Assembly: GCA_965247095.1 (NCBI GenBank)
Contig: OZ251997.1
Location: forward strand, 4,544,001 to 4,608,000
Direction of reading: 5' to 3'
Source: Candidatus Multivorans sp.
Lineage (GTDB): Bacteria > Acidobacteriota > Thermoanaerobaculia > Multivoradales > Multivoraceae
Length of the DNA: 64,000 nt
Part shown: positions 44,801 through 52,921 of the stretch, in pieces
Layout of the letters: every line of letters starts with the position of its first letter
Position numbering within the stretch: the stretch's first letter is position 1
The notes under the pieces: model-generated
The model's input: only the letters and a program-made list of their open reading frames with translations
Told to the model about the DNA's origin: nothing
Database searches by the model: none
Translations under genes and position numbers: made by a program

Positions 44801-45208
44801 CATGCTGCGCTGGGACGCGAACAGGACCGCGGCGCCGTCGACGGTGAAGCCCTGGACGAGGTCGGCGCCGGGGTGCCAGGTCAGCCGCTTCGGCTCGCCG
44901 CCCGCGGCCGGCATGACGAACACGTCGACGTTGCCGTCGTACTCGCCGCTGAACGCGACCAGCGAACCGTCGGGCGAGAACCGGGGGCTGGTCTCGTTGC
45001 CCGGGTGGGAGGTCAGCCGGCGCCCACCGCCGCCGTCGCGACCGGTGATCCAGAGGTCTCCGGCGTAGGCAAAGACCACATGTTCGGCGCTGACCGCGGG
45101 TTGGGACAGGAGGCGGGTGTCCGAGACGTCGACCGCCGATGCGGCGGTCGACGTGGCGGCGATTAGAACGTGGCCGAGGGTGCGCAGGGCGAGCGGTGTT
45201 CTGGTCAT
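41894..45208 (-). CDS. Tricorn-like S41 peptidase (PD40 propellers, PDZ, S41)
   Basis: PD40/SPDG repeats, WKNYRGG, YFYDP, IVDERFNGGG, AGSGGD, RTWGG, EN.GV.PD. Confidence 0.95.
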   Translation of the reverse strand: MTRTPLALRTLGHVLIAATSTAASAVDVSDTRLLSQPAVSAEHVVFAYAGDLWITGRDGGGGRRLTSHPGNETSPRFSPDGSLVAFSGEYDGNVDVFVMPAAGGEPKRLTWHPGADLVQGFTVDGAAVLFASQRSMFTNRHFQLFVVPLVGGMPTKLPIPHGLRASYSPDGSRIAYIPTPERFEQWKNYRGGTTSRIWIYDTGDHSVQTIPQPEGRSNDTDPTWIGNRVFFRSDRAGEFNLFSFDAGSGEIVQHSEFEDFHLEALAGSADTVIYEQAGYLHLYDPGSDRHERLRIGVAADLTETRPRWIEGPDYIRSASISPSGARAAFGYRGEVLTLPAKKGDARNLTRTPGIHERFPTWSPDGGSMAYFSDEGGEYRLHVRTQDSGEVRRYELGGERGGNGFYQNPEWSPDGKRISYVDNSMTLFTIDTDSGDVARIGSEYYYGPASPRPDHSWSPDSRYIAYTLNTRSYMQQVFVYDVEAGSSHPVTDGLSEVGEPVFDRSGDYLYFAASTDAGPVKHWFAMSNADMEVSSSIYVAVLRADGESPLAPESDEQAVEADEEGADGEGSDEDAEADGEGEADDGENEPLVEIDFDGLNQRILALPIETGGYSNVEAGAEGKLYYLRSQPASRFGGGGGDLIRFDLEAREETVLLSGVGGFSLSADGKKVLYAGQDDWGIADTSSKIDRTKSAIPVDKLTVRIDPRAEWQQIYDEVWRINRDYFYDPGMHGADWPAMGEKYSGFLTDVTNRADLNKVLRWMCSEIAVGHHRVGGGDQRNDPERVGGGLLGADFELADGRYRFAHVLGGLNWNPELRAPLTEPGVSVNAGEYLLAVDGIDLDATDNVFARFENTAGKIVELTVGPNADGSDSRTVSVVPVPNESALRNREWVERNLAKVEEATDGRVAYVYVPNTTTLGHTYFKRYFFPQVHKQALIVDERFNGGGQVADYYIDHLRRPYISHWATRYGADFRTPSAAILGPKVMIIDETAGSGGDLLPWMFNKLGLGTLVGKRTWGGLVGTLGFPILMDGGFVTAPNLAIWTEDGFVVENVGVPPDVDVEQWPAEVIAGRDPQLEKAIEIVLEQLEENPPSEPTKPPFPVRVRR

Positions 45209-45252
45209 ATCGGTTCCTTCGGGGTCCTCATAGGGGCTGCTACTCTGCCACG

Positions 45253-46248
45253 ATGCATCATTCAAATGGAGACTCCGCAACGGGAATCGGGAGAAGACAC
45301 TCAGAAGGCGAGAGTGCGCGACCGATCGGCCGGCGGGAGCTTCTTGCCGGAGGCGCGGCGGCCGTGGCGGCGCTTACGGTAGAGGCCGCCGTGCCGGCCG
45401 CGGCCAGAGCCCGGGCCGCGCAGCCTGCGGTATCAGGTGCATTCCAGCTCAAGTACGCGCCCCACTTCGGGATGTTCCGGCACCATGCCGGCGACGACCA
45501 CATCGACCAGCTCAAGTTCATGCACGACGAGGGCTTCCGCGCCCTCGAGGACAACGGCATGGGCGGGCGGGAGGTGTCGCTCCAGGAGAAGATCGCCGCC
45601 GAGCTGGATCGACTGGGCATGGAGATGGGTGTCTTCGTCGCCCACACCTCCTGGGGCGGCAAGAGCTTCGTCTCGGCCGATTCCGCGGCGAGGGAGGCGA
45701 TCGAGGCGGACATGATGAAGGCGGTCGAGGTCGCCGCGCGGGTGAACGCGAAGTGGTGCACCGTGGTCCCCGGTCAACTCGACCCGGGCCTGGAGTGGGA
45801 GTACCAGACCGCGAACGTGGTGGAGAACCTGAAGCGGGCCGCGGCGATCCTAGAGCCGGCGGACCTGGTCGCGGTGCTCGAGCCGCTCAATCACTGGACG
45901 AACCACCCCGGCGTGTTCCTGACCGGGATTCCGCAGGCGTACCAGATCTGCAGGTCGGTCGGCTCTCCTTCGGTCAAGATTCTCGACGACCTCTACCACC
46001 AGCAGATCACCGAGGGGAACCTGATTCCGAATCTCGACCGCGCCTGGGACGAGATCGCCTACATCCAGGTCGGCGACAACCCGAGCCGCAAGGAGCCGAC
46101 CACGGGCGAGATCAACTATCTCAACGTGTTCCGGCACTTGAAGCAGAAGGGCTTCGACGGCGTCGTGGGCATGGAGCACGGCAACTCCAAGCCGGGCCGC
46201 GAGGGCGAGCGCGCCGTGATCGACGCCTACCGGGCGTGCGACGTCTGA
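45253..46248 (+). CDS. Tat-exported xylose-isomerase-like TIM barrel (hydroxypyruvate isomerase-like)
   Basis: GRRELL Tat signal; LEPLN, DLYHQQITEGN, Q.GDNP.R.EP.TGEINY, GMEH. Confidence 0.9.
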   Translation: MHHSNGDSATGIGRRHSEGESARPIGRRELLAGGAAAVAALTVEAAVPAAARARAAQPAVSGAFQLKYAPHFGMFRHHAGDDHIDQLKFMHDEGFRALEDNGMGGREVSLQEKIAAELDRLGMEMGVFVAHTSWGGKSFVSADSAAREAIEADMMKAVEVAARVNAKWCTVVPGQLDPGLEWEYQTANVVENLKRAAAILEPADLVAVLEPLNHWTNHPGVFLTGIPQAYQICRSVGSPSVKILDDLYHQQITEGNLIPNLDRAWDEIAYIQVGDNPSRKEPTTGEINYLNVFRHLKQKGFDGVVGMEHGNSKPGREGERAVIDAYRACDV

Positions 46249-46323
46249 GGGCGGAGGCTCCGACCTCGTGTCGGTTCCCGTATACTGAATGCAGGTGAAC
46301 GAAACTGCATGCAGGAGGCTGCC

Positions 46324-46587
46324 TTGCCTACGATGACGCTTCGGCTCGACGACGAGACCCACCGACGGCTCGATCGCCTCGCGAAGTCGACCACCCGCTC
46401 GAAGTCCTTTCTGGCCTCCCAGGCGTTGAACGACTATCTCGAGATGAACGAGTGGCAGGTAGAGCAGATCACGAGAACCCTGGAAGTTTCAGACAGCGCG
46501 GCGGCGTCGCAGTTCGTGGAGCACAGCCGGGTCACTTCGTGGCTCGAGTCCTGGGGTAGCGAGAACGAGGGAGATCCGCCTCGTTGA
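46324..46587 (+). CDS. CopG/RHH antitoxin
   Basis: TMTLRLD...RLD.LA..T.RSKSFL; TTG start after an AGGAGG SD; TATACT box upstream. Confidence 0.85.
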   Translation: MPTMTLRLDDETHRRLDRLAKSTTRSKSFLASQALNDYLEMNEWQVEQITRTLEVSDSAAASQFVEHSRVTSWLESWGSENEGDPPR

Positions 46588-46868
46588 AGGTCGTCTGGTT
46601 TCGCAGCGCCATCGCCGATCTCGAAGAGGCGCGGGCGTACATCGCGAGAGACGATCCAGGAGCGGCGCGTCGGGTGGCCTCTGCCATCGTCAACGCTGTG
46701 GACCGGCTTTCGGAACACCCCGGCATCGGCCGTCCCGGACGAGTCCCAGGTACCCGGGAGCTCGTCGTGGGACGGACGCCCTATTTGATTCCGTACAGGG
46801 TCCGCGACGGCGTGGTTGAGATCCTTCGCATCTTCCACGCAAGACGTCGGTGGCCGGGCCACCTTTGA
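46584..46868 (+). CDS. RelE/ParE family toxin
   Basis: W...A..DL...YI..D.P.AA, HP.IGRPGRV.GTREL, YRV...VEILRIFH. Confidence 0.92.
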   Translation: MKVVWFRSAIADLEEARAYIARDDPGAARRVASAIVNAVDRLSEHPGIGRPGRVPGTRELVVGRTPYLIPYRVRDGVVEILRIFHARRRWPGHL

Positions 46869-46916
46869 CGGCCCTGGCTGCACCGACGCTCCGTGCGCGT
46901 CAGAGAGCGCTGAGGA

Positions 46917-47522
46917 TTACTGGGCGACGCCGAACGGCAGCACGCCCGTCTGGTTGTCCCACATCACGACGATCGCGCCGCCGCCGTCCGAGACGTCGGC
47001 GAACAGGATCGTCATCTGGTCGATCGAGTACTCCGTCGTTTCGACCGTCATCGGCGCCCGCGCCACATCGTGCTCGGCGTTGTAGCCGTAGGCGCCCCAG
47101 GTGAGGCCGTCGGCCATCTTGTCGCGGTCGAACGTCTCCATGTAGCCCTGCTTGGAGAGGATCGCAGTCCAGGCGCCTTCCTTCAGCTCGACGAACAGGC
47201 TGTACTCGCCCGCCGGCACCGTTGTTTCACCGATCATCAGGTCGGCTTCGGTCTTGATCCGGGTCGTCACGTTCGCGCCGGCGCGCCACAGGGGGCCGCC
47301 CGCGTACAGCGCCTGGCCGTAGGAGTCGCCGGCGCCGAAGTAGCCGCTGCGTCCGCGCAGGATGGGCCGGGAGTAGGTGATGTCGATCCAGGCGTCACCG
47401 ATTTGGGTCGAGGCGGCGCCCTCAGGGCTGGCGGGGCGGTCCTGAGCGACGGCGGGGGCGAAGCCGATGACCGCGAGGCACAGGCTGAGCACGAGCAGGC
47501 GGCAAGTAGTGTGTCGGTGCAT
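46917..47522 (-). CDS. DUF2911 family exported protein
   Basis: Signal peptide, RPASP, YSRP..RGR, WRAGAN..T, PAGEYSLF. Confidence 0.88.
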   Translation of the reverse strand: MHRHTTCRLLVLSLCLAVIGFAPAVAQDRPASPEGAASTQIGDAWIDITYSRPILRGRSGYFGAGDSYGQALYAGGPLWRAGANVTTRIKTEADLMIGETTVPAGEYSLFVELKEGAWTAILSKQGYMETFDRDKMADGLTWGAYGYNAEHDVARAPMTVETTEYSIDQMTILFADVSDGGGAIVVMWDNQTGVLPFGVAQ

Positions 47523-47601
47523 TCTCTGTTGATCTCCTGGGGGGGTATGGGAGGGCTCGAAATCGTGAAGGCGGACTCTAGCAGCTAAGGAGTCAGCGGG
47601 A

Positions 47602-47762
47602 CCGCGGGTTCGACCAGGACCGGCCTGGGCTCCACCACTTCTGCTTCCGGGCCGAAGCCGCGCCGATGTCGACGCGATCTACCGCTTCCTGGTGTCCGAA
47701 CTGGACGCCACGGCCATCCACGGTCCGGAGGAGGGCTCACGGTTTGCGCCCGGCTACTACTC
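47602..47762 (+). pseudogene. Internal fragment of the VOC gene, duplicating 57106-57267
   Basis: Reads RGFDQDRPGLHHFCFRA...RFAPGYYS; roughly 85-90% identical to 57106-57267 by manual alignment. Confidence 0.9.
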
Positions 47763-47935
47763 TGGTAGCGACAACATGCGGATGCGCGGGCCTCTACGGT
47801 TCACGAGCCCGCCGTGCGACAATACCGGTTCGCGGTTCCAGGACGCGGGCAGCCCGCTCGAGATTCCCGGACATTCGGTGGTTGGGTGGTCGTTCGCGAT
47901 CAACAGCCGCTTTGCCTGGCCCAGCACCTGACGAC

Positions 47936-50386
47936 ATGCCTCTCCGCAAATCCCACCTCTACTCCTCACTTTGGAAGAGCTGCGACGAGCTGCGCGGCGG
48001 AATGGACGCGTCCCAATACAAGGACTACATCCTCACGCTGCTCTTCATGAAGTACGTCTCGGACAAGTACGCGGGGAGCGACGACTTCGCCGACATCACG
48101 GTGCCGCCGGGAGGGAGCTTCGCCGACATGGTGGCGCTCAAGGGGACCAAGGAGATCGGCGAGGGGATCAACAAGGTCATCGGCAAGCTCGCCGATGCCA
48201 ACAACTACCTGCTCAAGGGCGTGATCGACCAGGCGGACTTCAACGACGAGGCGAAGCTCGGCAAGGGCAAGGAGATGCAGGAGCGTCTCACGAAGCTCGT
48301 CGGGATCTTCGAGGGACTCGACTTTCGCGCCAACCGTGCCCATGGGGACGACCTCCTGGGCGACGCGTACGAGTACCTCATGCGGCACTTCGCCACCCAG
48401 TCAGGCAAGAGCAAGGGGCAATTCTACACCCCGGCGGAAGTCTCCCGCATCATGGCCCAGGTGATTGGGATCGGCCCGGCTACCAGGAAAGACCACACCG
48501 TCTACGATCCGACGTGTGGTTCAGGATCGCTCCTCATCAAGGCCGCCGACGCGGCCCCGAACGGTCTGACCATCTACGGGCAGGAGAAGGATGTCGCGAC
48601 CTGGACGATGGCCCGCATGAACCTGATCCTTCACGGGCGTGAGGCGGCCGAGATCAAGAGCGACAACACGCTGACAAGTCCGCAGTTCACGGACGGGCCG
48701 GGGCGCCTCAAGCGGTTCGACTTCGCCGTCGCCAATCCTCCGTTCTCCGACAAGGCCTGGACGAACGGCCTGAACCCGGGCCACGACGAATACAGCCGCT
48801 TCGACTACGGCGAGCCTCCAGCGAAGAACGGGGACTATGCCTATCTGCTGCACCTGCTCGCGTCCCTCAAGAGCACTGGCAGGGGCGCGATCGTCATGCC
48901 GCACGGCGTCCTGTTCCGCGGCAACCGCGAGGCCGGCATCCGCCGCAACCTCGTCCGGCGCGGCTGGATCAAGGGCGTCATCGGGCTCCCGGCCAACCTC
49001 TTCTACGGCACCGGAATCCCGGCGTGCCTCGTGGTGATCGACAAGGAGAATGCGGTCACGCGCGACGGCGTCTTCATGATTGACGCCAGCAAGGGCTTCC
49101 AGAAGGACGGCGCCAAGAACCGGCTCCGGGAACGCGACATCCACCGCATTGTGGACGTGTTCAACGAGCAGAAGGAGATCCGCGGATACGCGCGCCCGGT
49201 GCCGCTGGCCAAGATCGCCAACGAGACGAACGACTACAACCTCAACATTCCGCGCTACATTGCCTCCGGCGACCCCGAGGATCTGCACGACCTGAGAGCG
49301 CACCTGCAAGGCGGTATCCCAAACCAGGACATCGACGCCCTCGGCGACTACTGGGAGGTCTTTCCGGCGATTCGGTCGCGGCTGTTCTCGCCGAATGGGC
49401 GGGAGGGGTACGGCGACGCGCTGGTTGAAGCGGACGAGGTGCGGTCGCTGATTCTCGAACACGAGGAGTTCAAGACTTACGCGGGCCGGATCCGCCAGGT
49501 GTTGGACGCCTGGCGGCAGGAGCATGCCCCCCGCCTTCGCCGACTCGAAGTGGGCGCCTTGCCCAAGGCGCTGATTCGGGAATTGTCGGAGGACCTGCTA
49601 CGCCGCTTCTCCGGTCTTCCGCTACTCGACCGCTACGCCGTCTACCAGTGCCTGATGGACTACTGGGATGAGGTGATGCAGGACGATGTCTACCTGGTTG
49701 TGACTGAGGGGTGGGCGGAGGCGGCGCGGCCCCGGGTGCTGGTGCCGGCCCGGGGCAAGGTGGCCGCTGAAACGGCCGACCTGACCGTGAAACGCAAGAA
49801 GTACAGGATGGACCTGCTCTCTCCCGGTCTGGTCGTTGCCCGGTACTTCGCGGCGGAACGCGCCGCCGTCGATGGCCTGCGGACCGAGGAGGAGGGGATC
49901 GCCCTGGAGTTGGAAGAACACATCGAGGAGAGTTCCGGAGAGGATGGGCTGCTTGACGGCGCGACCTCGGATACTGGGAAGGTGACACAGACCGCGGTGA
50001 AGGCGCGGCTGAAAGAGGTGCTCCATGATCCCGAGGCACGTGAGGAACGTGACGCGTTGGACGTCTGCCTGGAGTTGATGACGGCCCACGCCTCTGCCAA
50101 GAAATCGACGAAGGCGGCGCAGACGGAACTGGACGCGAAAGTGCTTGCGCGGTACAAGACGCTGACCGCGGTGGAAGTCGCCGAGATGGTCGTCGACGAC
50201 AAGTGGATGGCAAGCATCGAGGGCGCCATCGGGAAGGAGGTCGAGCGTCTGACCGGTGGACTGGTGGACCGGGTCAGGGAGCTGGAGGGGCGGTATGCCG
50301 ACGCGCTGCCGCAGTTGGAGCAACGTGTTGAGGACCACAGCGCGAAGGTCGAGGGCCATCTGAGGCGGATGGGCCTTCCGGCGTGA
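47936..50386 (+). CDS. hsdM: Type I RM methyltransferase subunit M
   Basis: LW.SCDELRG.MD.SQYK, GQFYTP, YDPTCGSG, ANPPF, PHGVLFRG. Confidence 0.96.
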   Translation: MPLRKSHLYSSLWKSCDELRGGMDASQYKDYILTLLFMKYVSDKYAGSDDFADITVPPGGSFADMVALKGTKEIGEGINKVIGKLADANNYLLKGVIDQADFNDEAKLGKGKEMQERLTKLVGIFEGLDFRANRAHGDDLLGDAYEYLMRHFATQSGKSKGQFYTPAEVSRIMAQVIGIGPATRKDHTVYDPTCGSGSLLIKAADAAPNGLTIYGQEKDVATWTMARMNLILHGREAAEIKSDNTLTSPQFTDGPGRLKRFDFAVANPPFSDKAWTNGLNPGHDEYSRFDYGEPPAKNGDYAYLLHLLASLKSTGRGAIVMPHGVLFRGNREAGIRRNLVRRGWIKGVIGLPANLFYGTGIPACLVVIDKENAVTRDGVFMIDASKGFQKDGAKNRLRERDIHRIVDVFNEQKEIRGYARPVPLAKIANETNDYNLNIPRYIASGDPEDLHDLRAHLQGGIPNQDIDALGDYWEVFPAIRSRLFSPNGREGYGDALVEADEVRSLILEHEEFKTYAGRIRQVLDAWRQEHAPRLRRLEVGALPKALIRELSEDLLRRFSGLPLLDRYAVYQCLMDYWDEVMQDDVYLVVTEGWAEAARPRVLVPARGKVAAETADLTVKRKKYRMDLLSPGLVVARYFAAERAAVDGLRTEEEGIALELEEHIEESSGEDGLLDGATSDTGKVTQTAVKARLKEVLHDPEAREERDALDVCLELMTAHASAKKSTKAAQTELDAKVLARYKTLTAVEVAEMVVDDKWMASIEGAIGKEVERLTGGLVDRVRELEGRYADALPQLEQRVEDHSAKVEGHLRRMGLPA

Positions 50387-51540
50387 ACCAGCCGTTCGAT
50401 TTCGAGCGCCTCGTCGAGCTGTGCCGGCGGACCCACGAGGAAACACGACACTCGGCCGCCCGCTTCGTCGACCGCTCGCTGGTCGTGCGGAACTGGCTGT
50501 TCGGGTGGTACATCGTGGAGTACGAGCAGAGCGGCGCGGACCGGGCCGAGTATGGCGCGCAGACCATCGAGAAGTTGTCGACGGCTCTGAGGGAGAGGAT
50601 CGGGCGGGGCTTCTCCGTGCGATCCCTTGAGCAGTTTCGACGCTTCTACGTGCAGTTCGAAGAGACCCTGCCGCAGGCTGGAACACCGCAGACAGTGTCT
50701 GCGGTTTCCGCCGCTGCACAGATTCCGCAGACACCGTCTACGAAATCTGCGGCATCAGGAGAGGAACTGTCCCGGGTGCTGCGGTCGGCGTCCACCGCGC
50801 TGCTTGAGCGCCTCTCCCTCGGCTGGTCCCACTACGTCACCCTGCTGTCGGTAACCAACCCCGAAGCCCGCCGCTTCTACGAGATTGAGGCTGCGGGGAA
50901 CGCCTGGAGCGTCCGCGAGCTCAAGCGACAACTGGACAGCTCGCTCTACGAGCGGCTCGCCCTCAGCCGTGACAAGCACGAAGTCCGCCGCCTCGCCCGC
51001 GAGGGACAGGTGGTCGAGAAGGCCTCGGACCTGATCAAGGACCCGGTGGTGCTCGAGTTCCTGGGTCTCGAGGAGAAGCCGGCCTACTCCGAGAACGACC
51101 TGGAGACCGCGATCATCGACCGGCTTCAGCAGTTCCTGCTGGAACTCGGCAAGGGTTTCCTGTTCGAGGCGCGCCAGAAGCGCTTCAGCTTCGACGGCCG
51201 CCACTTCTTCGTCGACCTTGTCTTCTACAACCGACTGCTGCGCTGCTACGTGCTGATCGACCTGAAACGCGGCGAACTGGCCCATCAGGACCTCGGCCAG
51301 ATGCAGATGTACGTGAACTACTTCGACCGCCATGTGAGGACCGACGACGAACTGCCGACCATCGGAATCCTCCTCTGCGACCAGAAGAACGAAGCCGTGG
51401 TCGAGCTGACGCTGCCCGAAGACGCCAACATCTACGCGTCGAAGTACCAGTTGTACCTGCCGTCGCGGGAGGAACTTGCGGACCAGGTCGCGAGGGTTCG
51501 GCGGGAGATTCGAGGGAGTGCGGGTGGACTTGATAGGTGA
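50383..51540 (+). CDS. DUF1016/YhcG PD-(D/E)xK nuclease-domain protein
   Basis: W..G.YIVE.EQ.G..RA.YG, LGWSHY, KDP.VLEFL, ELGKGF, DLVFYNR, IDLK, GQMQMY. Confidence 0.93.
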   Translation: MNQPFDFERLVELCRRTHEETRHSAARFVDRSLVVRNWLFGWYIVEYEQSGADRAEYGAQTIEKLSTALRERIGRGFSVRSLEQFRRFYVQFEETLPQAGTPQTVSAVSAAAQIPQTPSTKSAASGEELSRVLRSASTALLERLSLGWSHYVTLLSVTNPEARRFYEIEAAGNAWSVRELKRQLDSSLYERLALSRDKHEVRRLAREGQVVEKASDLIKDPVVLEFLGLEEKPAYSENDLETAIIDRLQQFLLELGKGFLFEARQKRFSFDGRHFFVDLVFYNRLLRCYVLIDLKRGELAHQDLGQMQMYVNYFDRHVRTDDELPTIGILLCDQKNEAVVELTLPEDANIYASKYQLYLPSREELADQVARVRREIRGSAGGLDR

Positions 51541-51550
51541 GGGGCAGCGG

Positions 51551-52798
51551 ATGACTGCGACTGAACGGCTCGGTGTCGAGTGGGAGGTGAGGCGGCTGGG
51601 CGATCATCTCAGGTTCCTTCGGCACGGGACCAACTCTCGCTCCGAGCTCACGGCCGACGGCGCTGTGCAGTACCTGCACTATGGGGATATTCACACCCAC
51701 GCCAGCGCCTATCTCGACCTGGACGTCAGTTCGATGCCGTGTCTCCCGATTGAACGTGCCAGATCGTTGGACCTGCTTGACGACGGGGACCTAGTGTTCG
51801 TCGACGCATCAGAAGATATCGAAGGCGTGGGGAAATCCGTCGAGATCAAGGGATTGCGAGATCGGCACGTTGTTTCCGGGTTGCACACCATTGCAATCAG
51901 ATTCAACAGGTCCGTGCTCGCTGATGACTTCAAGGCATACCTACAGTACTGCCCAGAGTTTCTTCGTCACCTTCGACGGCTCGCGGCAGGCACCAAGGTC
52001 TATGCAACTAACCGCGCGCACATTGCGAGCGCAGAGCTACGCCTCCCTCCCGTCCCCGAACAACGCGCCATCGCCGCCGTTCTGGCCGACGTGGACGAAC
52101 TGATCGGATCGCTGGAGGCGCTGATCGCCAAGAAGCGGGCCATCAAGCAGGCCGCGATGCAGGAGCTGCTCACCGGGAGGACGCGGCTGCCGGGGTTCGG
52201 GGGGGAGTGGGAGAGGAGGCGGCTGGAAGACCTTGTGGACTGTCTCGATCATCTGCGTGTGCCGTTGAATGAGAGTCAACGGCGAGACATGCCGGGACCG
52301 TTTCCCTATTGCGGCGCCAACGGTGTCGTCGATCACATTGCCGATTATCTGATTGACGATGACGTGATCCTCATCGCCGAGGACGGCGGTTACTTTGATG
52401 AGTATGAGGATCGGGCCATCGCCTATCGTATGAAGGGGAAGATCTGGGTAAACAACCATGCCCATGTACTCAAGGCAAAGCGCGGATTCAGCCAGGGGTT
52501 TCTTCTTTGTGCGTTGGCGCACAAGAATATCCTTCGATTTCTGGCCAGTGGAACCCGTGCCAAGCTCAATCGCGGCGAGATGGACAAGATTGTCGTACTT
52601 CTCCCTCGACATGAGGAAGAACAACAGGCCATCGCCACCGTCCTCTCCGACATGGACGCTGAGATCGCCGCGCTGGAGCACCGCCTCGACAAGACCCGCG
52701 CGATCAAGCAAGGTGTGATGCAGCAACTCCTCACCGGTTCCATTCGCTTGCCCATTCCCGATTACGAAGCGGAAGATGACGACGCCCATGCCGCCTGA
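51551..52798 (+). CDS. hsdS: Type I RM specificity subunit S
   Basis: Two variable TRDs, each followed by a conserved EQ.AIA.VL.D.D...K..AIKQ..MQ.LLTG helix. Confidence 0.95.
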   Translation: MTATERLGVEWEVRRLGDHLRFLRHGTNSRSELTADGAVQYLHYGDIHTHASAYLDLDVSSMPCLPIERARSLDLLDDGDLVFVDASEDIEGVGKSVEIKGLRDRHVVSGLHTIAIRFNRSVLADDFKAYLQYCPEFLRHLRRLAAGTKVYATNRAHIASAELRLPPVPEQRAIAAVLADVDELIGSLEALIAKKRAIKQAAMQELLTGRTRLPGFGGEWERRRLEDLVDCLDHLRVPLNESQRRDMPGPFPYCGANGVVDHIADYLIDDDVILIAEDGGYFDEYEDRAIAYRMKGKIWVNNHAHVLKAKRGFSQGFLLCALAHKNILRFLASGTRAKLNRGEMDKIVVLLPRHEEEQQAIATVLSDMDAEIAALEHRLDKTRAIKQGVMQQLLTGSIRLPIPDYEAEDDDAHAA

Positions 52799-52921
52799 GT
52801 CACCAAGCGTCGAACGGAAGTCGGCCTGGCGCAAGGATCACCTGCACTGCGTCTGCGGACTCGCGAACGGCCGCGCCGGCGTTCTCGAGATCGGGCGGAA
52901 CGACCGCGGCAGGGCCCGCCA

